In this document: in pieces, positions 45,201 to 61,092 of the stretch
Layout of the letters: each line of letters opens with the position of its first letter
Numbering within the stretch: position 1 is the stretch's first letter
Assembly: GCA_964057225.1 (NCBI GenBank)
Contig: OZ059898.1
Span: 7,874,001-7,938,000 of the forward strand
Direction: 5' to 3'
Length of the DNA stretch: 64,000 nucleotides
Origin: Auanema rhodensis
Taxonomy: Eukaryota; Animalia; Nematoda
Program-made: the position numbers and the translations under genes
The notes under the pieces: generated by a model
The model's input: only the letters and a program-made list of their open reading frames with translations
The model's database searches: none
What the model was told of the DNA's origin: nothing

Positions 45201-48200
45201 ACAACTCTCTCTAAATGACATAACCTCAACAGGTGAGAGCTTCACCAACAAAATTCTCGATATCTTGATAGGTATTCGTACCAAATCGTATTTTCTGATG
45301 TGTGATATTGAAGGTGCTTTCACACAAATACGCATAGCTAATGATTGTAAAGATCTCTGTCGCTTTCTTTGGTTGAAAGATGTCAATAAGCCGCCTACAC
45401 CAAACAATATAATAGAATTTCGATTTAATAGGTTAGCTTTTGGCATTACGGCAAGCCCCGCTGTACTAAACATGTCGTTACACGCGTATTTGAATAGCCA
45501 CACCTCACCATTTGTAGAAAAAACCCTAAGATATCTTTATGTAGATAATATTTTTTATACAACCAATGATCAAAAAGAACTAACCGATTTATATAAAGAT
45601 TCAAAGAAAATATTCTCTCAAATTTCGATGAATGTTAGAGAATACTTTAGTAACTCATCCCATTTTAACAACGAAATTCCGGCGATAGATCACCACCCAG
45701 ATAAAAATCCCAAAATACTAGGTGTACTATATAACGCCAGTAAAGATTCGTTTGTATTAACAGGACAAATGCGTATGCAACAGTCCTTTACTAAACGAGA
45801 TATGTTGAGTAGTTTACACAGCATATATGACCCCATAGGACTAGCGGCACCGCTCCTACTTCCATATAAAATTATTTTAAGACAAGTAATGAACAGCAAT
45901 GTCGATTGGAAGGAGCAAGTCCCCGAGGATCTCGTTGCCGATTGGAACAAAGCCAGCACAAAGATAGGGCCGTTCAACATTGAAGTTCCGCGGGAATTAT
46001 CTAGCAAAAGAGACAAGAAAGAACTGTGGGTTTTTGTAGACGCAAGCACAAAAGCTATTGCAGCATGCGCCTATTTAACTACCAGCACAGAAAGAGCTCC
46101 AATCATAATGGGGAAAGTAAAATTAGCCCCCAAAAATAGGACTTTGACCATCCCGCGCTTAGAACTATCCGCAATTTTTATGGGAATGAAAATCGCGGAA
46201 ACAGTATACAATAATTTGAACGAGCCGAATCTGGCAATTAACATTGCGTCAGATAGCCAAATAGCTCTATCTTGGCTTATAACGAAAAAAAGTGTCCCCG
46301 TTTTTATCAGTAATATGCGGCAAAACATTGAAGAAATAGGAAGAAGGTTGGAAGCTCAAAAAGCTTCACTACACTTCCACTATGTTGATACCGACCATAA
46401 TCCAGCAGACATTGGAACTAGAGGGACAACAGACCAAAATCTGTTAAAGGAACGCTGGTTGTTTTCTCCACCATGGCTATCACAAATGGACAACAGACCA
46501 ATAAAGGAACTCACCACTCCAATAGACGAAGACGAACCCCCCATGCTCATTCTACCCGTATCTACTGATATTCAACCATACGAGTCAATAATACAACCAG
46601 GAAGATTTAGTTCGTACTCCAAACTACAACGGACCACAGGTTTGGTATTTAAAGCCGCGCTAGTACTATTGCAGAAAATAAACAAAACTCCAACATCAAC
46701 CATGCTACAACGAGCGCAAAAGGAAAAGCAGCAATCCCAAACCGCAGATCTCTTTCTCATACAAGAGGCCCAGAAAAAATTAAAACAATCGGAAATAAAG
46801 CAATTTCGCACCACCAAGGATAACAACGGATTACGTATAATTCAAACACGTTTGCTAAACGCCAAATTGCCTGCATCCACAAAGTACCCCTTTTTACTAC
46901 CCAAAAAATCTGATTTAGGTAAACTAATTTTGCTTTCCATACATAAAGAAAATGCACACCTGGGAACTACACATATGATCAGCCTATTTCTTCAAAAATT
47001 CTTCATGGCAGGAACAAGGCAGGTATGCAAATCAATTATAAAAAAGTGCGTCCCGTGTCAAAAAATACTCAGTCGCCCATTCACCACAGATTTTCTGGCA
47101 CCTCTGCCAGAAGATCGAATTACAAAAGCTATGCCATTTAAGCATACGGGGCTAGACTGTATCGGACCCATTAAATATAGAAAAAGTGAACAAATATATA
47201 TAGTAATCTTTACATGTCTAACGGTTCGGGCAGTTCACCTCGAACCAATTAACGACATGACCTCTAATACATTCCTCAATGCATTTATAAGATTCGTAGC
47301 TCGCAGAGGATTACCGGACGTTATCCGTTCGGACAATGGGAGCAATTTTGTTCACTCGGCTAAGATACTTAACATGTTAGAAACTTATGATAGTGAACAT
47401 AGAACAAGTTTCACAAAATTTTTACAAAAACACCACATTACATGGATTTTTAACACTCCCAGTGCCCCATGGACTGGAGGAGTATGGGAGCGACTGGTTG
47501 CGATAGTAAAAACTTCGCTCTACAAATCATTGCAGCTTAAATTGGTCAACAAAGACCAACTAACGACGGCAATTATAAAGATCGAAGGAATAATAAATTC
47601 CAGACCGATCACCTATACAAATTCAGATAATGTAGACGACCGACCCCTGACACCAGCAGATTTCTTGAATAACGGCAGCCCCGTTCTCGTACCAGGAGGT
47701 AACGTAGAACAATTGGGACAAGCCTTGGATGAACCAAACCCAATACAAACGAATAAAGAAGCATTTGAAAATCTGCAGAAAGTGGAAATTATAGCAGAAT
47801 CATTCTGGGATCGGTGGTCCAAGGAATATCTTCTATGTCTCCGTAATGCCCACGCATCCACAAAACAAACGCACAGAAGTTCTAACCACCCAACGCTAAA
47901 TGAGGTGGTCCTTGTGGAAGAAGATAACCTGAACAGATGCAACTGGCAAATGGCACGCATTACTGCCCTACTACCGTCTTCGGATAACATATTCAGATCC
48001 GCAAGAATTAAATTAGGAAACGGCAAAGAACTCACGAAACCAGTTGAAAAACTCTACCCACTCGAGCTCAAGGACAATTTCGACAAAGGAAGAGAATCAC
48101 AGGAAATAACTGTCAATCATCTTTCACACACACCAACCAATCCGAACCGGCTAAGGAACATTTTTCGTTTTCTGATGCTAATACAAATATTTTCAGTTGC

Positions 48201-50581
48201 TATGACCCAACCGATAATCAGGTGTTCAACATCACAAGTGGTATTTCCAGCACAACCAAACCACTCAACAATATGCATCGACTCCAGCTGCCATAATCTC
48301 TCTGCACACCAATCCGAAATAATCCCACTACCTATTTCAGTTTTACCAAAAACAGCATCCGTTTCACGCTTCAACTTGGAGTCAACTCAGAATCAAACAT
48401 GCAAACTTCCTCACCCATGTGACTTCCCACCGCCATTCATCCTACATATCATAGGCAATCCTCACTGTAATCCAATCTTAGCTATTCTTATAGTACTTAC
48501 GCCATTAATTGGCTGCGCTCTTTTATTCATTAGCTGTGGTCTAATCTACAGAAGACTAAGAACATACCGCCGACAGAACGAGCCCACCATTTCGTACATC
48601 CCTTCCCTCCTATTCACACTCTTTTTTCTCATATGCCAGGCGCAAGCTTGTGGATCCCCCCACGCTCATAAAAACATAGAAATCTTTTGCGACGATATAC
48701 AAAACTGCACCAAAATAACCAACGAAGAAATTTCATTCAATCCCTTACAAAACTCTCTCTGCTCCTACATCAAATATCAAAACTCCACTATAGGAAAACT
48801 AGAAATTCAACTAATTCAACATAAATTTTCATGCCAAAAAGTTTCGCAAGGATTCACTAGAATAACTAACCTAACCATTCACTCCTCTCATAGATGCGCC
48901 GGTACAACTCATTGCCCCTGGGGCACCGGATGCGATGATATTCGACAGGATACATTTGTATCCGAACTATATTCTGCATACGAAAATCCTGGAAGAACCT
49001 ACTGCACCAGAGCCGGAGGAGGACTATTCAACAGCTGTGGACTTCCTATAGAAGGATGCATTTTATTTAGACCAACTTATCAACCAGAGAACAAAGAAGT
49101 ATACGAAGAGATCAAATGCATACAATGGAAGCAAGAAGTGCAAGCAAAATTAACGATCATATACCTCAACAACACTCAAAAATACGACATTTTGCTACAG
49201 CCCTACCGAAAATACGAGTTTCACGGAATATCATTACAGATTTCGTCAGTCACAGCAAAAGCAACAACGGAACTGTACAACAAAATTTTTTTAACATCTG
49301 AGACGAACAACTACATGATAACGGAGCAAATAAAACCAGCTGTTATATGCAGCAATGCAAGAATGGCGGCAGATAAGTTTAATGCATGCCACATAAGAAA
49401 GCCTTGCCCATGTTTGGGGGCCGCAGCACAGCTCTCTTGCAATTGCGATTCAGCGACGCAAAGAGAACTGAAAAAATATGAGCTTCCAAAAATTAATACG
49501 AATTATAGGATAACAAAAGAAGCAGGAACTATAACAGTTCTATCAAAAATGGAAGAATCAACGCTCACAATGCAAAACCCGCAATTTAGCATCGAAAGTC
49601 TATACACTAATAGACATCCTTGTTTTTCAGATTTTCAAATGATAACAGGATGTTATAAATGCAGAGAAGGAACAACGCTAAACATGACATGTGAAACAAA
49701 GGACGAGTTAAATGCAATACTGAACTGCGATTCCTTTTCTACTATAATTCGATGCTCCGACAAAAATCCCGCCACAACGATAAAACTATACTTCAATGAA
49801 CCCAAAGTACAAGAAAATTGTACTCTAACATGCGGAAGAGCAACAAAGCAATTTATCCAGCTAAGTACCAGATTACACTACATAAGTGACACTACAATTT
49901 CAGAAGAACTGATCAAACTACATAATGGAACATCTGGACTCTCTTGGAATCTCCCCAACTTGGAACCTCTAATAGAAGTGATCCAGAATAATTGGAAATG
50001 GATCGTACCCGTCGTAGCTGCAGGCACAGCATGTTCATATATCTTATACACAGCCCTCTCCTTTCTCGCTCCTTTCCTTCTACCAGCTATCCTCTCTTAT
50101 TGCTGTTTGAAAAATTCAAAGCGCAACCCTCGCCCGGCAATGTCGGCAAATGCCTGACTATTAACAAAATATAATGATTTACAATATAAACATAACTCTT
50201 CTGAAATACTAAACCATTATCTATTAACCGAATAATTGTATCATTAACCTATTGCGCAACATTCTCAAAGAATGTTGAACTTTTATCACCTCTATAGTTT
50301 ACATTAACGTGACCTTTCTATTCAAATATCAAATATCACCCTTAAGCTAAATCATATATAAACCCAAGAAACCTTCACTTTCGAATCTAACTTTTCTACC
50401 ACTGTACCATCTTTATTTAATAAACCTTTTAAACTCAAATCTGCGAAGTTCAACCCTGATAATACTCTCTTCGAGTATCAGCCTCCGTTAATACTCCTAA
50501 ACGGTATTAACTCCTGTATCACGTCGAACGTGTAATACTACAACTATTCCTCTGGAATAACTCTTGGATACATAGTCCAAA
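42235..50581 (+). mobile_element. Intact env-bearing BEL/Pao (Belpaoviridae) element D inserted in a 5S gene
   Basis: Apparently identical 441-bp LTRs 42235-42675 and 50141-50581; 5-bp TSD ACCAC (5S +13..+17; 42230-42234 / 50582-50586); PBS TGGTGCATCG (tRNA-Gly-like) at 42677. Confidence 0.96.
42940..50157 (+). CDS. Gag-PR-RT-RNaseH-IN-Env polyprotein (2405 aa) with phlebovirus-like glycoprotein
   Basis: Three zinc knuckles, FLDPGA protease, YVDN RT, FVDAS RNase H, IRSDNGSNF / GGVWERLV integrase, TM segments, HRCAGTTHC...YCTRAGGGLFNSCGLPIEGC, GCYKCREG, C-terminal TM. Confidence 0.96.
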   Translation: MDRTEEVFNEKLHNFADKFEQLAKLLIKTKTENQENISLLRLHTSLTQLRSEESSLATLASLLPEPTFSELNRRINEVTTLHADTVTRANILILELETKTAKKQPLPDSEDDQESDRNKRPTRTSFGLSVKTPQLSIPTFNGDSLTFPLFWNQFKTLIHNEPSLNIQQKNIFLAEALQGPARVHLENKPLNGEFYHQIIETLQNTYQPILAVDFRIYRNIRRLPVAKSDPTSLRSRVNEIRALLDQLDRARSQYIYNTEDPAWVTEISEKFPEEIIDMRCWRSPGENTISQILKDIEGIAYSKETSAYLRRERSEPQYRDQTQPFFSKPIKSSEKSERPCVFCDKQGHRPTKCPTITTPQERREIIKRKNRCWICFSPTHSSSKCKFESCRNCKKEHNYTLCLPKPTIKITKPSMNCTTISKSFHPSPAYLMTSQISLLNPLTNTYHTKTIFLDPGATQSFIHQKTAETCNLNTLATQNITATGFSGNKETFETKTVEAILQTPYGKIIKLILLTSPKPLTGNLKCCSLQIRDREFLEKTKISVTNQFINGETFSPDILLGMDWYDSVITEEPSISLPSGLKIKHTHFGPCIYGKTNNTHESIAVHSLIINPQIPEEVMIKQLFEIDSLGIAPHEGALNKSELFYNEYSTLLTFDNGYITAPLPLKKNAINIQSNRNLALATLNRLQISLQKDPNQQKYYQETFSQYLKENVIELVPADVEATRTYYMPHRGVWKPQKTKPLRIVFNASAKQKGQLSLNDITSTGESFTNKILDILIGIRTKSYFLMCDIEGAFTQIRIANDCKDLCRFLWLKDVNKPPTPNNIIEFRFNRLAFGITASPAVLNMSLHAYLNSHTSPFVEKTLRYLYVDNIFYTTNDQKELTDLYKDSKKIFSQISMNVREYFSNSSHFNNEIPAIDHHPDKNPKILGVLYNASKDSFVLTGQMRMQQSFTKRDMLSSLHSIYDPIGLAAPLLLPYKIILRQVMNSNVDWKEQVPEDLVADWNKASTKIGPFNIEVPRELSSKRDKKELWVFVDASTKAIAACAYLTTSTERAPIIMGKVKLAPKNRTLTIPRLELSAIFMGMKIAETVYNNLNEPNLAINIASDSQIALSWLITKKSVPVFISNMRQNIEEIGRRLEAQKASLHFHYVDTDHNPADIGTRGTTDQNLLKERWLFSPPWLSQMDNRPIKELTTPIDEDEPPMLILPVSTDIQPYESIIQPGRFSSYSKLQRTTGLVFKAALVLLQKINKTPTSTMLQRAQKEKQQSQTADLFLIQEAQKKLKQSEIKQFRTTKDNNGLRIIQTRLLNAKLPASTKYPFLLPKKSDLGKLILLSIHKENAHLGTTHMISLFLQKFFMAGTRQVCKSIIKKCVPCQKILSRPFTTDFLAPLPEDRITKAMPFKHTGLDCIGPIKYRKSEQIYIVIFTCLTVRAVHLEPINDMTSNTFLNAFIRFVARRGLPDVIRSDNGSNFVHSAKILNMLETYDSEHRTSFTKFLQKHHITWIFNTPSAPWTGGVWERLVAIVKTSLYKSLQLKLVNKDQLTTAIIKIEGIINSRPITYTNSDNVDDRPLTPADFLNNGSPVLVPGGNVEQLGQALDEPNPIQTNKEAFENLQKVEIIAESFWDRWSKEYLLCLRNAHASTKQTHRSSNHPTLNEVVLVEEDNLNRCNWQMARITALLPSSDNIFRSARIKLGNGKELTKPVEKLYPLELKDNFDKGRESQEITVNHLSHTPTNPNRLRNIFRFLMLIQIFSVAMTQPIIRCSTSQVVFPAQPNHSTICIDSSCHNLSAHQSEIIPLPISVLPKTASVSRFNLESTQNQTCKLPHPCDFPPPFILHIIGNPHCNPILAILIVLTPLIGCALLFISCGLIYRRLRTYRRQNEPTISYIPSLLFTLFFLICQAQACGSPHAHKNIEIFCDDIQNCTKITNEEISFNPLQNSLCSYIKYQNSTIGKLEIQLIQHKFSCQKVSQGFTRITNLTIHSSHRCAGTTHCPWGTGCDDIRQDTFVSELYSAYENPGRTYCTRAGGGLFNSCGLPIEGCILFRPTYQPENKEVYEEIKCIQWKQEVQAKLTIIYLNNTQKYDILLQPYRKYEFHGISLQISSVTAKATTELYNKIFLTSETNNYMITEQIKPAVICSNARMAADKFNACHIRKPCPCLGAAAQLSCNCDSATQRELKKYELPKINTNYRITKEAGTITVLSKMEESTLTMQNPQFSIESLYTNRHPCFSDFQMITGCYKCREGTTLNMTCETKDELNAILNCDSFSTIIRCSDKNPATTIKLYFNEPKVQENCTLTCGRATKQFIQLSTRLHYISDTTISEELIKLHNGTSGLSWNLPNLEPLIEVIQNNWKWIVPVVAAGTACSYILYTALSFLAPFLLPAILSYCCLKNSKRNPRPAMSANA

Positions 50582-51045
50582 ACCACGTTGAAAGTACGCC
50601 ATCCCGTCCGATCTGGCAAGTCAAGCAACGTTGGGCCCGGTTAGTACTTGGATCGGAGACGGCTTGGGAATCCCGGGTGCCGTAAGCTTTTTGTTTTTCC
50701 TAATTAAATTTGAATTTAACATTCCTTTTTTGACTTTGATGCATGCTGATCTTGGTCGTCAGAGCAAGGTGAACTTATTGAGGAGTTGAGGAGTCGTGGT
50801 CAGCCTCGGAACAGAAAGCTTCTGTGAACATCTCGACCATCTTTCTCTGAGAAGTTGTCTCCGAGATACTCTCGCTTCTTTGACATTTTTAACGACCCCG
50901 ATGTACGAGGATATCTACAGAACCTCATATACGACGTTGTTACCGGAGGTGCAGGGAATCAGTTATCGACTGATGAAAGATAAGAGCTGTTGCACAGCCA
51001 TGGCATGGTGGTAGATACTAGATACACTAATAGAGGAATAGCATC

Positions 51046-51164
51046 GCTTACGACCATACCACGTTGAAAGTACGCCATCCCGTCCGATCTGGCAAGTCAA
51101 GCAACGTTGGGCCCGGTTAGTACTTGGATCGGAGACGGCTTGGGAATCCCGGGTGCCGTAAGCT
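51046..51164 (+). rRNA. 5S rRNA
   Basis: Full-length copy. Confidence 0.97.
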
Positions 51165-51985
51165 TTTTGTTTTTCCTAATTAAATTTGAATTTAACATTC
51201 CTTTTTTGACTTTGATGCATGCTGATCTTGGTCGTCAGAGCAAGGTGAACTTATTGAGGAGTTCAGGAGTCGTGGTCAGCCTCGGAACAGAAAGCTTCTG
51301 TGAACATCTCGACCATCTTTCTCTGAGAAGTTGTCTCAGAGATACTCTCGCTTCTTTGACATTCTTAACAACCCCGATGTACGAGGATATCTATAGAACC
51401 TCATATACCACGGTGTTACTGGAGGTGCAAGGAATCAGTTATCGACTGATGAACGATAAGAGCTATTGCACAGCCATGGCATGGTGGTAGATACTAGATA
51501 CACTAATAAAGGAATGGCATCGCTTACGACCATACCACGTTGAAAGTACGCCATCCCGTCCGATCTGGCAAGTCAAGCAACGTTGGGCCCGATCGGAGAC
51601 GGCTTGGGAATCCCGGGTGCCGTAAGCTTTTTGTTTTTCCTAATTAAATTTGAATTTAACATTCCTTTTTTGACTTTGATGCATGCTGATCTTGGTCGTC
51701 AGAGCAAGGTGAACTTATTGAGGAGTTCAGGAGTCGTGGTCAGCCTCGGAACAGAAAGCTTCTGTGAACATCTCGACCATCTTTCTCTGAGAAGTTGTCT
51801 CAGAGATACTCTCGCTTCTTTGACATTTTTAACGACCCTGATGTACGAGGATATCTACAGAACCTCATATACGACGTTGTTACCGGAGGTGCAGGGAATC
51901 AGTTATCGACTGATGAAAGATAAGAGCTGTTGCACAGCCATGGCATGGTGGTAGATACTAGATACACTAATAGAGGAATAGCATC

Positions 51986-52104
51986 GCTTACGACCATACC
52001 ACGTTGAAAGTACGCCATCCCGTCCGATCTGGCAAGTCAAGCAACGTTGGGCCCGGTTAGTACTTGGATCGGAGACGGCTTGGGAATCCCGGGTGCCGTA
52101 AGCT
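51986..52104 (+). rRNA. 5S rRNA
   Basis: Full-length copy. Confidence 0.97.
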
Positions 52105-52460
52105 TTTTATTTTCCTAATTAAATTTGAATTTAACATTCCTTTTTTGACTTTGAAGCTTGCTTATCTTGGTCGCCATAGCAAGGCGAAGTTATTGAGGAG
52201 TTGAGGAGTCGTGGTCAGCCTCGGAACAGAAAGCTTCTGTGAACATCTCGACCATCTTTCTCTGAGAAGTTGTCTCCGAGATACTCTCGCTTCTTTGACA
52301 TTTTTAACGACCCCGATGTACGAGGATATCTACAGAACCTCATATACGACGTTGTTACCGGAGGTGCAGGGAATCAGTTATCGACTGATGAAAGATAAGA
52401 GCTGTTGCACAGCCATGGCATGGTGGTAGATACTAGATACACTAATAGAGGAATAGCATC

Positions 52461-52579
52461 GCTTACGACCATACCACGTTGAAAGTACGCCATCCCGTCC
52501 GATCTGGCAAGTCAAGCAACGTTGGGCCCGGTTAGTACTTGGATCGGAGACGGCTTGGGAATCCCGGGTGCCGTAAGCT
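52461..52579 (+). rRNA. 5S rRNA
   Basis: Full-length copy. Confidence 0.97.
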
Positions 52580-52935
52580 TTTTATTTTCCTAATTAAATT
52601 TGAATTTAACATTCCTTTTTTGACTTTGAAGCTTGCTTATCTTGGTCGCCATAGCAAGGCGAAGTTATTGAGGAGTTGAGGAGTCGTGGTCAGCCTCGGA
52701 ACAGAAAGCTTCTGTGAACATCTCGACCATCTTTCTCTGAGAAGTTGTCTCCGAGATACTCTCGCTTCTTTGACATTTTTAACGACCCCGATGTACGAGG
52801 ATATCTACAGAACCTCATATACCACGGTGTTACTGGAGGTGCAAGGAATCAGTTATCGACTGATGAAAGATAAGAGCTGTTGCACAGCCATGGCATGGTG
52901 GTAGATACTAGATACACTAATAGAGGAATAGCATC

Positions 52936-53054
52936 GCTTACGACCATACCACGTTGAAAGTACGCCATCCCGTCCGATCTGGCAAGTCAAGCAACGTTGG
53001 GCCCGGTTAGTACTTGGATCGGAGACGGCTTGGGAATCCCGGGTGCCGTAAGCT
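52936..53054 (+). rRNA. 5S rRNA
   Basis: Full-length copy. Confidence 0.97.
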
Positions 53055-53875
53055 TTTTGTTTTTCCTAATTAAATTTGAATTTAACATTCCTTTTTTGAC
53101 TTTGATGCATGCTGATCTTGGTCGTCAGAGCAAGGTGAACTTATTGAGGAGTTGAGGAGTCGTGGTCAGCCTCGGAACAGAAAGCTTCTGTGAACATCTC
53201 GACCATCTTTCTCTGAGAAGTTGTCTCCGAGATACTCTCGCTTCTTTGACATTTTTAACGACCCCGATGTACGAGGATATCTACAGAACCTCATATACGA
53301 CGTTGTTACCGGAGGTGCAGGGAATCAGTTATCGACTGATGAAAGATAAGAGCTGTTGCACAGCCATGGCATGGTGGTAGATACTAGATACACTAATAGA
53401 GGAATAGCATCGCTTACGACCATACCACGTTGAAAGTACGCCATCCCGTCCGATCTGGCAAGTCAAGCAACGTTGGGCCCGATCGGAGACGGCTTGGGAA
53501 TCCCGGGTGCCGTAAGCTTTTTGTTTTTCCTAATTAAATTTGAATTTAACATTCCTTTTTTGACTTTGATGCATGCTGATCTTGGTCGTCAGAGCAAGGT
53601 GAACTTATTGAGGAGTTCAGGAGTCGTGGTCAGCCTCGGAACAGAAAGCTTCTGTGAACATCTCGACCATCTTTCTCTGAGAAGTTGTCTCAGAGATACT
53701 CTCGCTTCTTTGACATTTTTAACGACCCCGATGTACGAGGATATCTACAGAACCTCATATACGACGTTGTTACCGGAGGTGCAGGGAATCAGTTATCGAC
53801 TGATGAAAGATAAGAGCTGTTGCACAGCCATGGCATGGTGGTAGATACTAGATACACTAATAGAGGAATAGCATC

Positions 53876-53994
53876 GCTTACGACCATACCACGTTGAAAG
53901 TACGCCATCCCGTCCGATCTGGCAAGTCAAGCAACGTTGGGCCCGGTTAGTACTTGGATCGGAGACGGCTTGGGAATCCCGGGTGCCGTAAGCT
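53876..53994 (+). rRNA. 5S rRNA
   Basis: Full-length copy. Confidence 0.97.
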
Positions 53995-54814
53995 TTTTAT
54001 TTTCCTAATTAAATTTGAATTTAACATTCCTTTTTTGACTTTGAAGCTTGCTTATCTTGGTCGCCATAGCAAGGCGAAGTTATTGAGGAGTTGAGGAGTC
54101 GTGGTCAGCCTCGGAACAGAAAGCTTCTGTGAACATCTCGACCATCTTTCTCTGAGAAGTTGTCTCCGAGATACTCTCGCTTCTTTGACATTTTTAACGA
54201 CCCCGATGTACGAGGATATCTACAGAACCTCATATACGACGTTGTTACCGGAGGTGCAGGGAATCAGTTATCGACTGATGAAAGATAAGAGCTGTTGCAC
54301 AGCCATGGCATGGTGGTAGATACTAGATACACTAATAGAGGAATAGCATCGCTTACGACCATACCACGTTGAAAGTACGCCATCCCGTCCGATCTGGCAA
54401 GTCAAGCAACGTTGGGCCCGATCGGAGACGGCTTGGGAATCCCGGGTGCCGTAAGCTTTTTGTTTTTTCTAATTAAATTTGAATTTAACATTCCTTTTTT
54501 GACTTTGATGCATGCTGATCTTGGTCGTCAGAGCAAGGTGAACTTATTGAGGAGTTCAGGAGTCGTGGTCAGCCTCGGAACAGAAAGCTTCTGTGAACAT
54601 CTCGACCATCTTTCTCTGAGAAGTTGTCTCAGAGATACTCTCGCTTCTTTGACATTTTTAACGACCCCGATGTACGAGGATATCTACAGAACCTCATATA
54701 CGACGTTGTTACCGGAGGTGCAGGGAATCAGTTATCGACTGATGAAAGATAAGAGCTGTTGCACAGCCATGGCATGGTGGTAGATACTAGATACACTAAT
54801 AGAGGAATAGCATC

Positions 54815-54933
54815 GCTTACGACCATACCACGTTGAAAGTACGCCATCCCGTCCGATCTGGCAAGTCAAGCAACGTTGGGCCCGGTTAGTACTTGGATCG
54901 GAGACGGCTTGGGAATCCCGGGTGCCGTAAGCT
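54815..54933 (+). rRNA. 5S rRNA
   Basis: Full-length copy. Confidence 0.97.
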
Positions 54934-55290
54934 TTTTGTTTTTCCTAATTAAATTTGAATTTAACATTCCTTTTTTGACTTTGAAGCTTGCTTATCTTGG
55001 TCGCCATAGCAAGGTGAACTTATTGAGGAGTTCAGGAGTCGTGGTCAGCCTCGGAACAGAAAGCTTCTGTGAACATCTCGACCATCTTTCTCTGAGAAGT
55101 TGTCTCAGAGATACTCTCGCTTCTTTGACATTTTTAACGACCCCGATGTACGAGGATATCTACAGAACCTCATATACGACGTTGTTACCGGAGGTGCAGG
55201 GAATCAGTTATCGACTGATGAAAGATAAGAGCTGTTGCACAGCCATGGCATGGTGGTAGATACTAGATACACTAATAGAGGAATAGCATC

Positions 55291-55409
55291 GCTTACGACC
55301 ATACCACGTTGAAAGTACGCCATCCCGTCCGATCTGGCAAGTCAAGCAACGTTGGGCCCGGTTAGTACTTGGATCGGAGACGGCTTGGGAATCCCGGGTG
55401 CCGTAAGCT
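55291..55409 (+). rRNA. 5S rRNA
   Basis: Full-length copy; last gene in the array. Confidence 0.97.
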
Positions 55410-55917
55410 TTTTATTTTCCTAATTAAATTTGAATTTAACATTCCTTTTTTGACTTTGAAGCTTGCTTATCTTGGTCGCCATAGCAAGGCGAAGTTATTG
55501 AGGAGTTGAGGAGTCGTGGTCAGCCTCGGAACAGAAAGCTTCTGTGAACATCTCGACCATCTTTCTCTGAGAAGTTGTCTCCGAGATACTCTCGCTTCTT
55601 TGACATTTTTAACGACCCCGATGTACGAGGATATCTACAGAACCTCATATACGACGTTGTTACCGGAGGTGCAGGGAATCAGTTATCGACTGATGAAAGA
55701 TAAGAGCTGTTGCACAGCCATGGCATGGTGGTAGATACTAGATACACTAATCGAAATATTTTTTCTGGCAATTCTTTTGTTGAGAGTTATAAATATGTAT
55801 TAGGAAGGTACAAACAAGAACAAATCATATCACATCTGAATATATATACAACTGGGAGCATTCATACAACCTTTTGAACTGTTCAAAAGTGAACAAAAAC
55901 AATAACATGAACTAATC

Positions 55918-60006
<4,089 letters not shown>

Positions 60007-61092
60007 ATTATACAATATTCAGTAACATCTTTGGGAGAGAATTCCGAATAGACAAGGCAGGATTGAAGTTTTCTTGATATAAAATTGTGATCTGTCTGAA
60101 AAAAAAAGAAGATTTTAGCTATGAAAACATTGGAAATGATACTATAAACAAGCAACAATTAAAAGAAGATGAGCGAAATTAAAAGTGTATTACGGAAGGT
60201 GAAACATCAAAAAAGAGTTGAAAAAAGCAATGAAAAGTCTGTCCTGTAATGAGGATCATCGTGTACAAAGGAAGCCGGAGCACAGTGACAACTGTGGCTA
60301 AAGGGTTCACTACCACTTTTCACCAAATAACCTCACATTGATTCGTCGTCGGTTCTTCTCATTTTGCTATGAAGTTCATAAGCCTAACAGCTGTCTATGC
60401 GAGTTTAAACAGATACTGCATTCCCAGTCTATCATATAGTATTTATGTTTCAGAGAGAATAGCAGATCTAAAATGTGAAAAGGACGAATTCCGATGCGAA
60501 GGTATAAAGAAGTAAAGAGAAGGTGATAAGCTCTTATTTTTCAAATGAAAATAAAGAGAATGAAACTTTTGATATCAACAGCCCACACTTAGCAAAAGGA
60601 ATTGAAATGCTGACCTCATGTCGATTATGATTTGTCAGAAATTCGATAGCATCAAAACAATTTGTTAATTAAAGAAATTTTTATGTTAAAACATGTACTT
60701 ATATCTTAAAAGTAGAAGACAAGTGATAATTGGCAAACCTCTTTCTAAAAAAAATACTACATGATCGGACTTCAATGCTATGCTTTCTCAGATTAATCAT
60801 ATTTCATTTAATAACACATTGCCACTCAAATTTTGTTTTTTATATGATATATTATATTTTACCGTAATTAGATTTAGCCTATATAAGCCTGTTCAAATAC
60901 GCAAAGTGACGTGACCTTAACGCGGCAATCAAGCTGCAGCTGCCATGAACTGCAGCATCCTAGTAGTAAACTTGGACATTGTGAACTATTCTACATATCT
61001 ATCATCTGATTTATTTAAAAGTTTATTAGCTTTATCGAATATATTCATATACTATTAAACCTAATTCCCCGATTACTCAATATTTTAATAGA

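Larger units (their letters stand above)
50582..55751 (+). repeat. 5S rDNA array, right arm (full genes 51046, 51986, 52461, 52936, 53876, 54815, 55291; deletion variants 51522, 53412, 54351)
   Basis: Homogeneous 464-476-bp units; array ends in spacer at ~55751. Confidence 0.97.

Noticed and set aside
50796-55734. Repeated 72-127 aa ORFs (MVSLGTESF..., MGPIGDG...) in every array unit
   Set aside because: Non-ATG starts, overlap with the 5S gene and terminator, frame broken by 1-bp indels between units; recurrence just reflects the repeat.
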